Positions 49,601 through 57,509 of a DNA stretch of 64,000 nucleotides are shown here, piece by piece (the first letter of the stretch is position 1; each line of letters begins with the position of its first letter). Under the pieces are notes generated by a model. That model was given only the letters and a program-made list of their open reading frames with translations, was not told where the DNA came from and did not search any database. The translations under genes and the position numbers were made by a program. This DNA comes from an uncultured Bacteroidota bacterium (GTDB lineage Bacteria; Bacteroidota; Bacteroidia; Bacteroidales; WCHB1-69): positions 41,300 through 105,299 of the forward strand of contig CADCNH010000010.1 of the NCBI GenBank assembly GCA_902802755.1, in the 5' to 3' direction.

Positions 49601-49900
49601 TCCATCAACCTTTCCATCTCCTCCTCCGTCTGGACCAGTCTGCGGCTTGATGTTTGGTGTAACGAGACGAGATGCAACAGACAAAGCAAAGGTTTCGAAC
49701 TCAGACTGCTTTTTGTCCTGAGATAATTGTTGAAGTTTTAAATCGAAGACTTCTTTGGTTAGCTTTGTTTCATATACAATCTCCGTATCCGAAAAAAGAT
49801 TACTCCTTAAACGACGGTAGTAGGAAAAAAAATCCTCACGTAATAGTTGAATTTCATCCTCTTCAGAGCACGTATCTTCATGTAATTCTTTTTCTTTCAT
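46679..49900 (-). CDS. 1073-aa protein: N-terminal Mrr-like restriction-endonuclease motif plus a long alpha-helical (TPR-like) body
   Basis: SEFETFALSVASRL ... TGPDGGGDGKVDGETY ... WAIAISVQKTW at about 49500-49700 gives the FE / D-G-x-D / (S/V)-Q-K pattern of Mrr_cat nucleases. No P-loop found. Strongly AT-rich. Confidence 0.7.
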   Translation of the reverse strand: MKEKELHEDTCSEEDEIQLLREDFFSYYRRLRSNLFSDTEIVYETKLTKEVFDLKLQQLSQDKKQSEFETFALSVASRLVTPNIKPQTGPDGGGDGKVDGETYPVDKSISDKWWVSDGCTGDQKWAIAISVQKTWEKKVTNDTKKIVGTERGYTKILFFSNQKIKSSKRCEVEDKLTKQYSIPVSIFDGNWFSFAVFEQGCLDLAVDKMNFSDEYRKKTVIIGPNDKQRSKDLKDLEDGFLTRSIEGLNTQYIDDLLETCLLSRGLGKPRVETEGRFDRALREAKVHGTPIQTFNIIYNHAWTTFFWFNDINATYEDYLKMKDYASVHTSVHTIELLTNILTNIENVTQIGLFDQEKFIIEVEFIKSIRERSDLSQPCQLFIDIYISEHRLFQLIYAEKDLSDEIRALTELLEKSVNYVDISFDAQSRIIDMMGRVITNNEQFEKLVDKVAEISSARESDVQGALIHFSRAQALMEKMCHLPAIKHLGYCVQAFLKEGYEDEYIKTCGLMGIALSHLDLPYSAEAYLVKSASFLMREFYSQGTIPQLLMRVISQLCGIELILGRLVMYLNWRELLYVIANNRQEYETEEFIERDTMEEGGWCCHLAAADFTKSEISILPDIFERFDMPLCANYLKYVLGYKEEVNERFSEMIKDDWTLLLQNQPIHEQFLSALNLATDGEVALNTMVHNCRFYVTYENSVKNQLVAETFLASVETLLATFIDFELVIVNPEIRITIKETNDKTSQIRRSSNTEYIFSINHDSLNKDYWRCFSYFISHFMSYNTVSNYNLETLIKKKQDKEKIIDRVSSLMQLNESVYLVLGNKFKYSISQWQKEEDKIYTCLAKDMEKWMVKTQQYTSSQQKMSIYNVSTNMQWWDDAIWKGMGFIIDQSMQEPPLLALLYENISEGKKIVKEWKDNIAVGKPGVEVYLIKGIDKNHPSWYRVCLSPNIPDADLKMGRYFIVMCRKHTMTPNNTYSLDALEKFLPHFGKCKLMALAIDNNNQIQVPDDFEEAIEVTSIVIIDAWRITDSSMAVNALEWDDDPLIPESEKNTAPILEVLENLRKIHDKEVKKQQ

Positions 49901-50001
49901 ATTTGTTTATTGTTGACGATTCCAAGTTCCTTTTCTGACAATCACTTTACTTATTTCCTATCCTCTCAATTGTTCAAACATAAATGCAGTTTTATCCCTA
50001 T

Positions 50002-50613
50002 TTATTCCGCCCTAATCCCCAACGCCTCAAACAGTTCTGCCATTTGAGAGTAAGTGTAATCCCTTTCCGTTTCTTCTTTCTCTTTCATGGATTGGGCGGC
50101 ATTGCGCAATGCCAGCATGAAATCACCGCCTGCTTTCTCAAAATATTGATGAAGCGAGTGCTTCTTGAAAAAGATTTCAGTTTTCTCATAAACGCAATGA
50201 TTGTTCAATTCTTTCAATAGTTCAGGCTGGTTTTGAAAACAGCGAGATGTGTATGCAAAATAAAACAGGAAAAAGATCTCCGTACAACGCTCATTCTCAA
50301 TAAAACGAATCTCATATTTCTGCTTCGTCTTCCCTATCGTATGTGTGCCCACCATCCGCTTTTTAAAGCGTTCATAGTCGCTCTTTTCTTTCCCTTCTTT
50401 TTTGTTGTCCATGTCAACCACACAAATAATCTGCGAATAGCCAGCATCTATCGCCTTGTCAATTTCTTGTTTAAGATAATCCAGTCCCGAAGAATGTTTG
50501 GGATAGGTAGGCCTTATGTTGAGCTGCCTGTATGTATCTTTCAAAGAATTGAAATAGTAGTATTCCGTAATTGCTTCGCCAATCACTATAATAGAATCCT
50601 TAATTTTCTTCAT
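50002..50613 (-). CDS. RloB-like protein
   Basis: 203 aa. IIVIGEAITEYYYFNSL (compare the EGEKTEPNYF motif), QIICVVDMD, IRFIENERCTEIFFLFYF. Its start overlaps the upstream ATPase gene by 14 nt. Confidence 0.75.
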   Translation of the reverse strand: MKKIKDSIIVIGEAITEYYYFNSLKDTYRQLNIRPTYPKHSSGLDYLKQEIDKAIDAGYSQIICVVDMDNKKEGKEKSDYERFKKRMVGTHTIGKTKQKYEIRFIENERCTEIFFLFYFAYTSRCFQNQPELLKELNNHCVYEKTEIFFKKHSLHQYFEKAGGDFMLALRNAAQSMKEKEETERDYTYSQMAELFEALGIRAE

Positions 50614-51703
50614 CGTTTTCCAAATATAATAAAGGTGAACCCAATTGGGGAACTGCGCCTAAGCGGCCATTCCGATATGACTTGTATAAAGAAAGATTCT
50701 TGTGCAGCCCGTATTCATCCGCACGTGTGTATTCGGAATAAGCACCGTCGCGGTTCTTCTCCGCAAAGAACACAAAATCACGATGTGTATTCAACAGGTC
50801 TTCGTTCAACAATGAAGTCTCTTGGCTGGTGAAAATCAACTGCGACTCATTAGAATTCATGACGAATGTGTTGAGGAAATAAAGCAACAAATCATCGTGC
50901 AGCTCTGAGTCTATCTCATCTATGAAATATATATTGTGGCTTGAAATCGCATTGTAAAGCGTTGATAAATTGCTTAAAAACTTTTTAGTCCCTTGAGACT
51001 GCTCATCCAAACTGAGGGTAAAAGTTTTGCCACCAGCTTTGCAATCAAAGTAAACTTTTGTCGTAGAAATGTCCTCACGGAAGTCCACAATATTAAAATC
51101 GGCTTTTTCCAACATCTGGAGATAGAAGCGCTTGGCTGAAGCAACCCCCATCACCTGTCGAAGCGATTCTTCAAGAATGAAATTCGGATTGTCGAGCTGA
51201 TATACATATTTAGATATCCAGTTATACAGATTTGCGATGGGTTTGGCATCGGCCTCAAATGCTCTCTTGCCGAAACAAGAAAGAACGGTATGGTTGTTTA
51301 AAGTGTTTTGCAGAAAAATGTCCTTTGTTTTGGCTGACAGGCCCAAACTTTGACCGAATTTAATGGAGGCTTGCAAATCATCAGACTGGTATTTGCGTTC
51401 ATAAAAAAGTGACTTTGAACCGTTCGGAAACCATTCCATTAGCTCTTCGATAATATGCTCCATCGTAAAAGAAACGGTGTAATCGTATCGGATATGGTTA
51501 GCGTAGAACGAAACATACATCCGTGTGGGTTTGTCTATACATAAGGCAAATGGTCGCCTCGTCTTAACTAACTCTGTTTTATTTTCCCGCGTATGAAACA
51601 ACAGTTCGAAAACCCAGTCATCCTCCTTGGATTTCGTTTCGAAGTTTAACGTTTGACGTTCCTTTATCGAAAGAAAATTCTCGACCCAAAATTCTCGTAT
51701 CAT
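50600..51703 (-). CDS. AAA_21/ABC-type ATPase (RloA-like) lacking a Walker A motif
   Basis: N-terminal MIREFWVENFLSIKERQTLNF, a signature-like DEQSQGTKKFLSNL, and Walker B/D-loop IYFIDEIDSELHDDL. The expected G.N.SGKS P-loop segment after LVKT is absent (an apparent deletion of about 35-40 aa). Confidence 0.7.
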   Translation of the reverse strand: MIREFWVENFLSIKERQTLNFETKSKEDDWVFELLFHTRENKTELVKTRRPFALCIDKPTRMYVSFYANHIRYDYTVSFTMEHIIEELMEWFPNGSKSLFYERKYQSDDLQASIKFGQSLGLSAKTKDIFLQNTLNNHTVLSCFGKRAFEADAKPIANLYNWISKYVYQLDNPNFILEESLRQVMGVASAKRFYLQMLEKADFNIVDFREDISTTKVYFDCKAGGKTFTLSLDEQSQGTKKFLSNLSTLYNAISSHNIYFIDEIDSELHDDLLLYFLNTFVMNSNESQLIFTSQETSLLNEDLLNTHRDFVFFAEKNRDGAYSEYTRADEYGLHKNLSLYKSYRNGRLGAVPQLGSPLLYLENDEEN

Positions 51704-51873
51704 AATATTCGTATTATTTTTTTGCCGCAAAAATAATAAAAATATTGATACGATTGGAAAATAAATCTGATTTTCGTAATAAAACTACAAATTCAATGAA
51801 AATTTTTCTTCATATTCATTTTTTATATTGACAGAATTAATCAGCTATCGCTAATAATTCGAAGTTTTTTTAC

Positions 51874-51968
51874 TTGCTGTTATTAGTTTTTATTGTATTG
51901 CTATTGTTAGTTTTTATTGTCTTACTACTATTAGTTTTTGACGTCTTACTACTGTTAGTTTTTGACGT
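51874..51968. repeat. Four tandem 24-bp repeats
   Basis: ttgctgttattagtttttattgta / ttgctattgttagtttttattgtc / ttactactattagtttttgacgtc / ttactactgttagtttttgacgt. They lie about 170 bp upstream of the ATPase gene. Confidence 0.85.
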
Positions 51969-52049
51969 TGCAAAAACACACAAACATTTCAATATCACAC
52001 ATATAGACCCTTCTTTTTTTGGAACTATTTCTTATAGTTTTGCTGACAT

Positions 52050-52320
52050 TATACGGCTACAGGGTGATTTTCCGCATCGGCTACGATGAGTTCGTTCCGC
52101 GGTGGGTTGGTTTTGTGCTTCGGAGCATGTATTTGGCGCACCGCAGAGGAGAGCACAGGCTTTCACTACCCCAGATTACGCTACGCTCATCTGGGGTTAA
52201 TAAGATTTTGCCTCTTCGAGGCAATGAGCGAAGCGCAGTGTGACGACCACACATGCCGTAGCTCAACAAAATGGAAAAATGCCGATGGCATGACACGTGC
52301 CGTCAGGCGCAATTAATGGT
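52050..52320. repeat. REP-like hairpin cluster
   Basis: ccccagattacgctacgctcatctgggg and ttgcctcttcgaggcaa, both also present in the MITE at about 56860. It ends with gccgtcaggcgcaattaa, the core of the 35150-35700 array. Confidence 0.75.
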
Positions 52321-52360
52321 GAAAACATAGTTCCTGTTTTCACTCACATCTATCAGCATT

Positions 52361-53500
52361 TTACTTCATATACTCCCGCATATCCAAACTCATGATACGG
52401 TCAAAAGCTTGTAAGTTTTCCGTCTCAATTTTCAGGAAAACGGTAGCCGCCACGCCAGAGGTTTTGTCGGGTACCAAGCGCACATCAATGACGTCATGGA
52501 AGTCCGCGCTGAATTTCTCCGCATTAAAGGCTTTATCCTCACAGCCCGACGGCAGATCAAGCACAGTGAAAGCGTAGGTAAGATTTTCCTTGCCTTTCCA
52601 CATTTCCTCTTTGGAAACACGACGGCCTCTCAAAAACGAGAGCATCGGATGCTGACCGCTGATAAATACCTGCAACTCATTCAGGCAGAAACCGGTAAAA
52701 CGCAAGGGATTAATCTCAATCGGCACAGCCTTCTTTCCATCGTAACGGAACTCAATATGCATGGGGAAATTTTTCAAATGCAGCGTTGCATTGAGGTTTG
52801 TGAGAAAAGTGGTAAAGGGAGCCTCATACTTGTCGAACAATCCTTTGTTGGTCATATACAAGCGGTCGGAAGTGTCGGACTCATCCATAAATTTGTGATG
52901 GAAGATATTCAGTATCACTGGGTTCTCGTTTTCATCATAATAAGCATCCACCGCATATTCCTCACCATGAATGTATTCCTCAATCAGGAAGCGGCTTTTC
53001 CCAACCACAAATTCCGGAAAATCAGCGCCAGCTTTCGCAAAGTCACTCAACAGCATTGCAACAGCCGCTTTATATTCCTTCGGATCATGCACCACAAACA
53101 CACCCTTGCTCAGGAAACCCACCGACGGCTTGATAACACATGGGAACACGATACTATCCGTATCCAACTGCTCCATCTCATTAATATTCAATTCTTTAAA
53201 AAAGAAATCAGGATAGATGTTCCGGCAAATTTTTCTGAATGCATTTTTATCCTTTACGATGGAAATGCTATCCAAAAAGCGTTTATCTTCAATATGCTCA
53301 TAAATCCACCCCAGCGCGTTTTCAGACACAGTATATAACTTACCAGTCTTTTTATACTCTTCAGCAAATTCAGCATCCGACAGCACCACGCCGTTGGAAA
53401 CACGTTTTTCCGACATTTCATTTTTCAGCACAGGAATGCTGTTTTTCTCTATAGTGTCAACCATCATGTCTGATGCGAAAGGTCTTTCTAAAATTACCAT
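52361..53500 (-). CDS. ATP-grasp domain protein
   Basis: 379 aa. CVIKPSVGFLSKGVFVV, LIEEYIHGEEYAVDAYY, MHIEFRYDG..VPIEINPLRFTG. Confidence 0.7.
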   Translation of the reverse strand: MVILERPFASDMMVDTIEKNSIPVLKNEMSEKRVSNGVVLSDAEFAEEYKKTGKLYTVSENALGWIYEHIEDKRFLDSISIVKDKNAFRKICRNIYPDFFFKELNINEMEQLDTDSIVFPCVIKPSVGFLSKGVFVVHDPKEYKAAVAMLLSDFAKAGADFPEFVVGKSRFLIEEYIHGEEYAVDAYYDENENPVILNIFHHKFMDESDTSDRLYMTNKGLFDKYEAPFTTFLTNLNATLHLKNFPMHIEFRYDGKKAVPIEINPLRFTGFCLNELQVFISGQHPMLSFLRGRRVSKEEMWKGKENLTYAFTVLDLPSGCEDKAFNAEKFSADFHDVIDVRLVPDKTSGVAATVFLKIETENLQAFDRIMSLDMREYMK

Positions 53501-53537
53501 AATAGTTTGTTTTTGTAGTTATTTGATATTCAATTAT

Positions 53538-53732
53538 TTATTTCAAATCGTCTTCATAAGGCGGCTTCAGCCCCTTCCCCTTTGGAGGTTTCGGATAGCG
53601 ACGGGCACGTTTAAGAGCATCGGCCAATATCCACTCTATCTGCCCGTTGACGCTGCGGAACTCGCTGGCAGCCCATTTCTCCAGTGCATCATACACCTCC
53701 TCATCAACTCTCAAAGCGAAGGACTTTTTCAT
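53538..53732 (-). CDS. Ribbon-helix-helix (Arc/HicB-antitoxin-like) DNA-binding protein
   Basis: 64 aa. KKSFALRVDEEVYDALEKWAASEFRSVNGQIEWILADALKRA, plus a basic Pro-rich tail. Confidence 0.7.
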   Translation of the reverse strand: MKKSFALRVDEEVYDALEKWAASEFRSVNGQIEWILADALKRARRYPKPPKGKGLKPPYEDDLK

Positions 53733-53734
53733 AG

Positions 53735-53970
53735 TTTACAGTTGACAATTAATAATTATTAGTTAATAGGTGTCAGGTTTCAGGGGTCAGTGATCAGAGG
53801 TTAGTAATTCATAATTCAAAATCCTGTAATCCTGTAATCTCTTAACCTTACTAACCATGTAACCATCTAACCCCTATTAATTGGCACATTAAATTCATTT
53901 GCTAATTAACGAATTAACTAATTTACTAATTCTAATTGGCACATTAGCACATTGTTAATTAGCACATTGG
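53735..53970. repeat. Composite word-repeat tract
   Basis: acagttgacaattaataatta; gtcaggtttcaggggtcagtgatcagaggttag; aatcctgtaatcctgtaatc; ttaaccttactaaccatgtaaccatctaacc; TTGGCACATT/TTAGCACATT words. It also contains the conserved element at 53896-53931. Confidence 0.75.
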
Positions 53971-54969
53971 TTATTGATACAGCGTTCCTGTATTGATTAC
54001 CGGGCTGGCGCTCTCATCGGCGCACAGCACCACCAACAAATTGCTGACCATCGTGGCTTTCTTTTCCTCGTCCAGTTCCACAATATGGTCGGCGCTGAGT
54101 TTCTTGAGGGCCAAATCCACCATCGAAACGGCACCTTCCACAATTTTCTCACGGGCAGAAATGATGGCGTCGGCCTGCTGGCGACGGAGCATCACACTTG
54201 CAATCTCGGCAGCGTAGGCCAGATAGTTGATGCGGGCCTCGATCACTTCAATACCGGCGATATCCAAGCGGCTGCGGAGTTCCTCTTCCAGTCGCTCGTT
54301 GATTTCCTCACCCCCGCTGCGCAAGGTTATCTCATCGCTTTCCTTATCCATATTATCGTAGGCGTACATACCCGCCACTTTACGCAAAGCAGCATCACTC
54401 TGCACATTCACGAAGCTGTCGTAACCGCTCAGCAGGTTCTGGTTGGAAGCAACCGCTTCGCTTGAAGCGGCGCCCTTCATCTGCGCATTGACGGTCACCA
54501 CCCTCGCGATGCTTTCCTTGCTGATGTCGATGTTGAAACTGGCCTTATAGGTGTCCTTGATTTTCCACACCAGCACGAGGCCAATCATGATGGGGTTGCC
54601 GTTTTTGTCGTTCACCTTGATGGGTGGCACATCCATGTTGCGGGCACGCAGCGACAATCTACGTTTTCCGTAGAAAGGATTCAGCCAGAAGAAACCGTTT
54701 TCGCAAACTGTACCGCTGTACTTGCCGAAGAATGTCAGCACCCTCGACTGGTTAGGCTGAATAATGGTAAAGCCAATCCAGTGGAGCAGATACACCACAC
54801 ACAAGAGGAAAAGTGACAGTGCTATCAATCCATCATTATCCTGATTCACAGCATTGACCAGCAGGGTTATAGAACCAATCAATATGGCCAGATTCACAAA
54901 CAGATGCAGAAAGCCATTGTTGGCGAAGCTCATTTTTTTCTGAAATTCTTTCGTTTCCATTGTTTCCAT
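53971..54969 (-). CDS. SPFH/band-7 domain membrane protein
   Basis: 332 aa. Two N-terminal TM helices, then an SPFH-like core (VLTFFGKY...VPPIKVNDKNGNPIMIGLVLVWKI) and a coiled-coil tail. Confidence 0.7.
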   Translation of the reverse strand: METMETKEFQKKMSFANNGFLHLFVNLAILIGSITLLVNAVNQDNDGLIALSLFLLCVVYLLHWIGFTIIQPNQSRVLTFFGKYSGTVCENGFFWLNPFYGKRRLSLRARNMDVPPIKVNDKNGNPIMIGLVLVWKIKDTYKASFNIDISKESIARVVTVNAQMKGAASSEAVASNQNLLSGYDSFVNVQSDAALRKVAGMYAYDNMDKESDEITLRSGGEEINERLEEELRSRLDIAGIEVIEARINYLAYAAEIASVMLRRQQADAIISAREKIVEGAVSMVDLALKKLSADHIVELDEEKKATMVSNLLVVLCADESASPVINTGTLYQ

Positions 54970-55094
54970 TTTTACTTGTTTTTGAATGATATTATTTTGA
55001 TATTAAATCAACATTATTTTGAATGCAAAAATACAAAAAATTTCATTCATGCAACAACTAACTGAAAAAAAATTTTTTCTCAACGAAATAATGG

Positions 55095-55345
55095 TATTCC
55101 GTCCGTGCTGCACTCCAGTTGTATAGTGGATTAGTCGTGCTGAAAGCACGCAATCCTATTAACCCCGCATAAGCGTAGCGCAATGTGGGGTATGCGGCAA
55201 TCTACTCTCTACTCCTGCGTGCCGCAGGTACGCTACACTGGAGTGTATGTAGCGTGCCTTCAGCACGCAGACAGTCTTTGTCATTCTCCACCCCACACAA
55301 CAAGTTGTGCGGGGTTAATAGAATATCGTGCCTTTGGCACGACTC
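55095..55345. repeat. REP-like hairpin cluster
   Basis: cgtgctgaaagcacg; ttaaccccgcataagcg..cgcaatgtgggg; gcgtgccgcaggtacgc; gcgtgccttcagcacgc; ccccacacaacaagttgtgcggggttaat; cgtgcctttggcacg. Confidence 0.75.
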
Positions 55346-55478
55346 TTTGTCTTTCAAATCAAAAACAAGAAGATGAAAAAAGCCAACAAAAAGATGATGG
55401 ATTCCATCAACCAATTAACTCAGGAATTTTATGTACATTTGCACTTCGAAAAGAATAAAAGAAAATAAAGAAGAATAA

Positions 55479-56501
55479 ATGCTGAAAGTTATTGAAAACA
55501 TCAGACATCTGCTATGCTTAGCACTTTTTATTGCTACATTAAGTGCCTCTGCCCAATCAAATCTTATTGGCACATACTGGCATGATGGCGAATATTTCTA
55601 TCCCGTTGAGACAGAAAACGATACAGCAATATGGGTGAATACACTATCCCTGCATGAAGGCGGTGTGTCCTACCCATGGTTAAAAACAGACAATCCAAAT
55701 GTTTTCAAATATTGTTACCGGAAAAGAAACAACGAAACAGGTAATACCGAAATCTGCGACAGCATTGTACACACATATCTTGACGGACAGGAGTTGATGC
55801 TTATTTATGGAGAACATAAGAAACTTGACAATGTCTTAATACGTTATGATGGACAGTCAAAAGAACAATTCTATGCCTTTTCTCATGGTTTTGACTCCAT
55901 CCAGGAAAAGGACATTCGAACACGAATAAAAGGGCTGTATTCTATTGCTGGAACGACTATGAAATGGACTTTCACAGATGATAGCATATTGGTCTCTGGT
56001 GCTACATCTTCATCATTAATCAAGAGAAATATTGGATACTCCACTTTATGGGAGATGGATTATCCCACGCAAGTACTAAAACTTGATGATGGAAGATACC
56101 TTTATTACGAGTTTACCCTTAATGGTTTGGATTTATTTAAAGGGATTTCACACCATGAAGCTGACGGTTTCGAATGGGTGACAAAAGGACGACTTTATTA
56201 TCATTTAGACAGGCATAGTCAGAATGAAAAAAAACCTGGTCATTGGCCGGAAGCATCCACAATGATTCTTACCCGAGGATACCTGTCCAAATATCCGACC
56301 GAAGTGCTTCGATATATGCGAAATGAAATATACGCTCGAAATGGCTACCATTTTTCTGACGAACAACTTTTCAATTATTTCACTCAGTCGGATAACTGGT
56401 ACCATCCCATAGAGAATCAAAGCGAACTTAACTTATCCCCTATTGAGAAATTGAACATTCAACTTATTCGATTTGTTGAGGAAGACAGAATGAAGCCATA
56501 A
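55479..56501 (+). CDS. Secreted YARHG-domain protein
   Basis: 340 aa with a signal peptide. C-terminal LRYMRNEIYARNGYHFSDEQLFNYF. Confidence 0.7.
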   Translation: MLKVIENIRHLLCLALFIATLSASAQSNLIGTYWHDGEYFYPVETENDTAIWVNTLSLHEGGVSYPWLKTDNPNVFKYCYRKRNNETGNTEICDSIVHTYLDGQELMLIYGEHKKLDNVLIRYDGQSKEQFYAFSHGFDSIQEKDIRTRIKGLYSIAGTTMKWTFTDDSILVSGATSSSLIKRNIGYSTLWEMDYPTQVLKLDDGRYLYYEFTLNGLDLFKGISHHEADGFEWVTKGRLYYHLDRHSQNEKKPGHWPEASTMILTRGYLSKYPTEVLRYMRNEIYARNGYHFSDEQLFNYFTQSDNWYHPIENQSELNLSPIEKLNIQLIRFVEEDRMKP

Positions 56502-56590
56502 TATGCCTTCCGCCATCAATATCCTATAATTTCAACTCTACTTCTAAGGCAGTCTCCTTTCCACATTCTGCTAAGTTTTAGATAAATACT

Positions 56591-57499
56591 ATGGAAAACA
56601 ATTTGCTTCCTGAAGTGGAAAAGAAAATCATCACCCTGAGAAATCAACACGTAATTCTGGATGCCGATGTTGCGGAATTATACGGAATGCAGACAAAAGA
56701 AATCAGAATTATCCCTTTTAGTCTTGTAATTCACACGGCTACCGCATGATTTTTTTGCATCGGCTGTGAGGTCTCAATTCCGCGGTATGCCAATTCAGTG
56801 CTCCGGTGCATGTTCAGGACGTACCGCGGCAGATGATAGCGTATGCATTCACCACCCCAGATTACGCTACGCTCATCTGGGGTTACTAAGATGTCGTCTC
56901 TTCGAGACAATGGAGTCGCAGGCTGTAAGCCTGCAAGGAGCGTAGCCCAGGGTAAGGTGCGAGGTACGAGCAACGCAACCCTGGGGATGAGGATGTCCCA
57001 TGTATTCGGTCGCGGTGCATGGGACATTTGCACCGAAGCGCAAAATCTGCCCGCCGCGAAAGGAAATAACTATAGCTGATGCATAAATCTCTCACCATAA
57101 ATCTAAAAGTCAACAAGACTAAAAGGGATAATTCTGAAAGAAATTAATCAAGCGATTAGAAACAATCCCAGAAAGTTTCCTGAAGGATATATATTTCAGC
57201 TTGATAAACAAGAGTTTGATTCTTTAAGGTCAAAATTTTTGACCTTAAAGAACAGCGAACAAGGCAGAGGAAAGCATACAAAATATCTTCTTTAAGCCTT
57301 CACCGAAAAAGGACTTTACATGCTAACTACCATTCTGAAAAGCTCAAAAGCAGAGGATACAACCATCGCTATTGTGGAGACGTATGCGAAGTTGAAGGAG
57401 CTGTCAAGGGTTATAGTGGAAGTGCCACAACATGAAGATAATCATCAGATACAAAAAGTACTATTGCACTGTGGCGGACAATTGGTGGAAGAAAACTAA
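56591..57499 (+). pseudogene. ORF6N-domain (KilA-N-like) gene, disrupted by a MITE and by a premature TAA
   Basis: MENNLLPEVEKKIITLRNQHVILDADVAELYGMQTKEI | 433-bp insert | NQAIRNNPRKFPEGYIFQL...GRGKHTKYLL*AFTEKGLYMLTTILKS... Removing the insert plus one TSD copy restores the frame. An in-frame TAA sits at 57293-57295, where the family has LPYAFTE. Confidence 0.8.
56704..57136. mobile_element. MITE-like non-autonomous element (433 bp) carrying REP-type hairpins
   Basis: Perfect 23-bp terminal inverted repeats: CAGAATTATCCCTTTTAGTCTTG (56704-56726) and CAAGACTAAAAGGGATAATTCTG (57114-57136). 8-bp direct duplication AAAGAAAT at 56696-56703 and 57137-57144. No ORF with coding character inside. 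Confidence 0.85.
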
Positions 57500-57509
57500 A
57501 TCTGGTCAA

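Noticed and set aside
51874-52089. 71-aa ORF MLLLVFIVLLLLVFIVLLLLVFDV...
   Set aside because: It is a direct translation of the four 24-bp tandem repeats and is not a membrane peptide gene.
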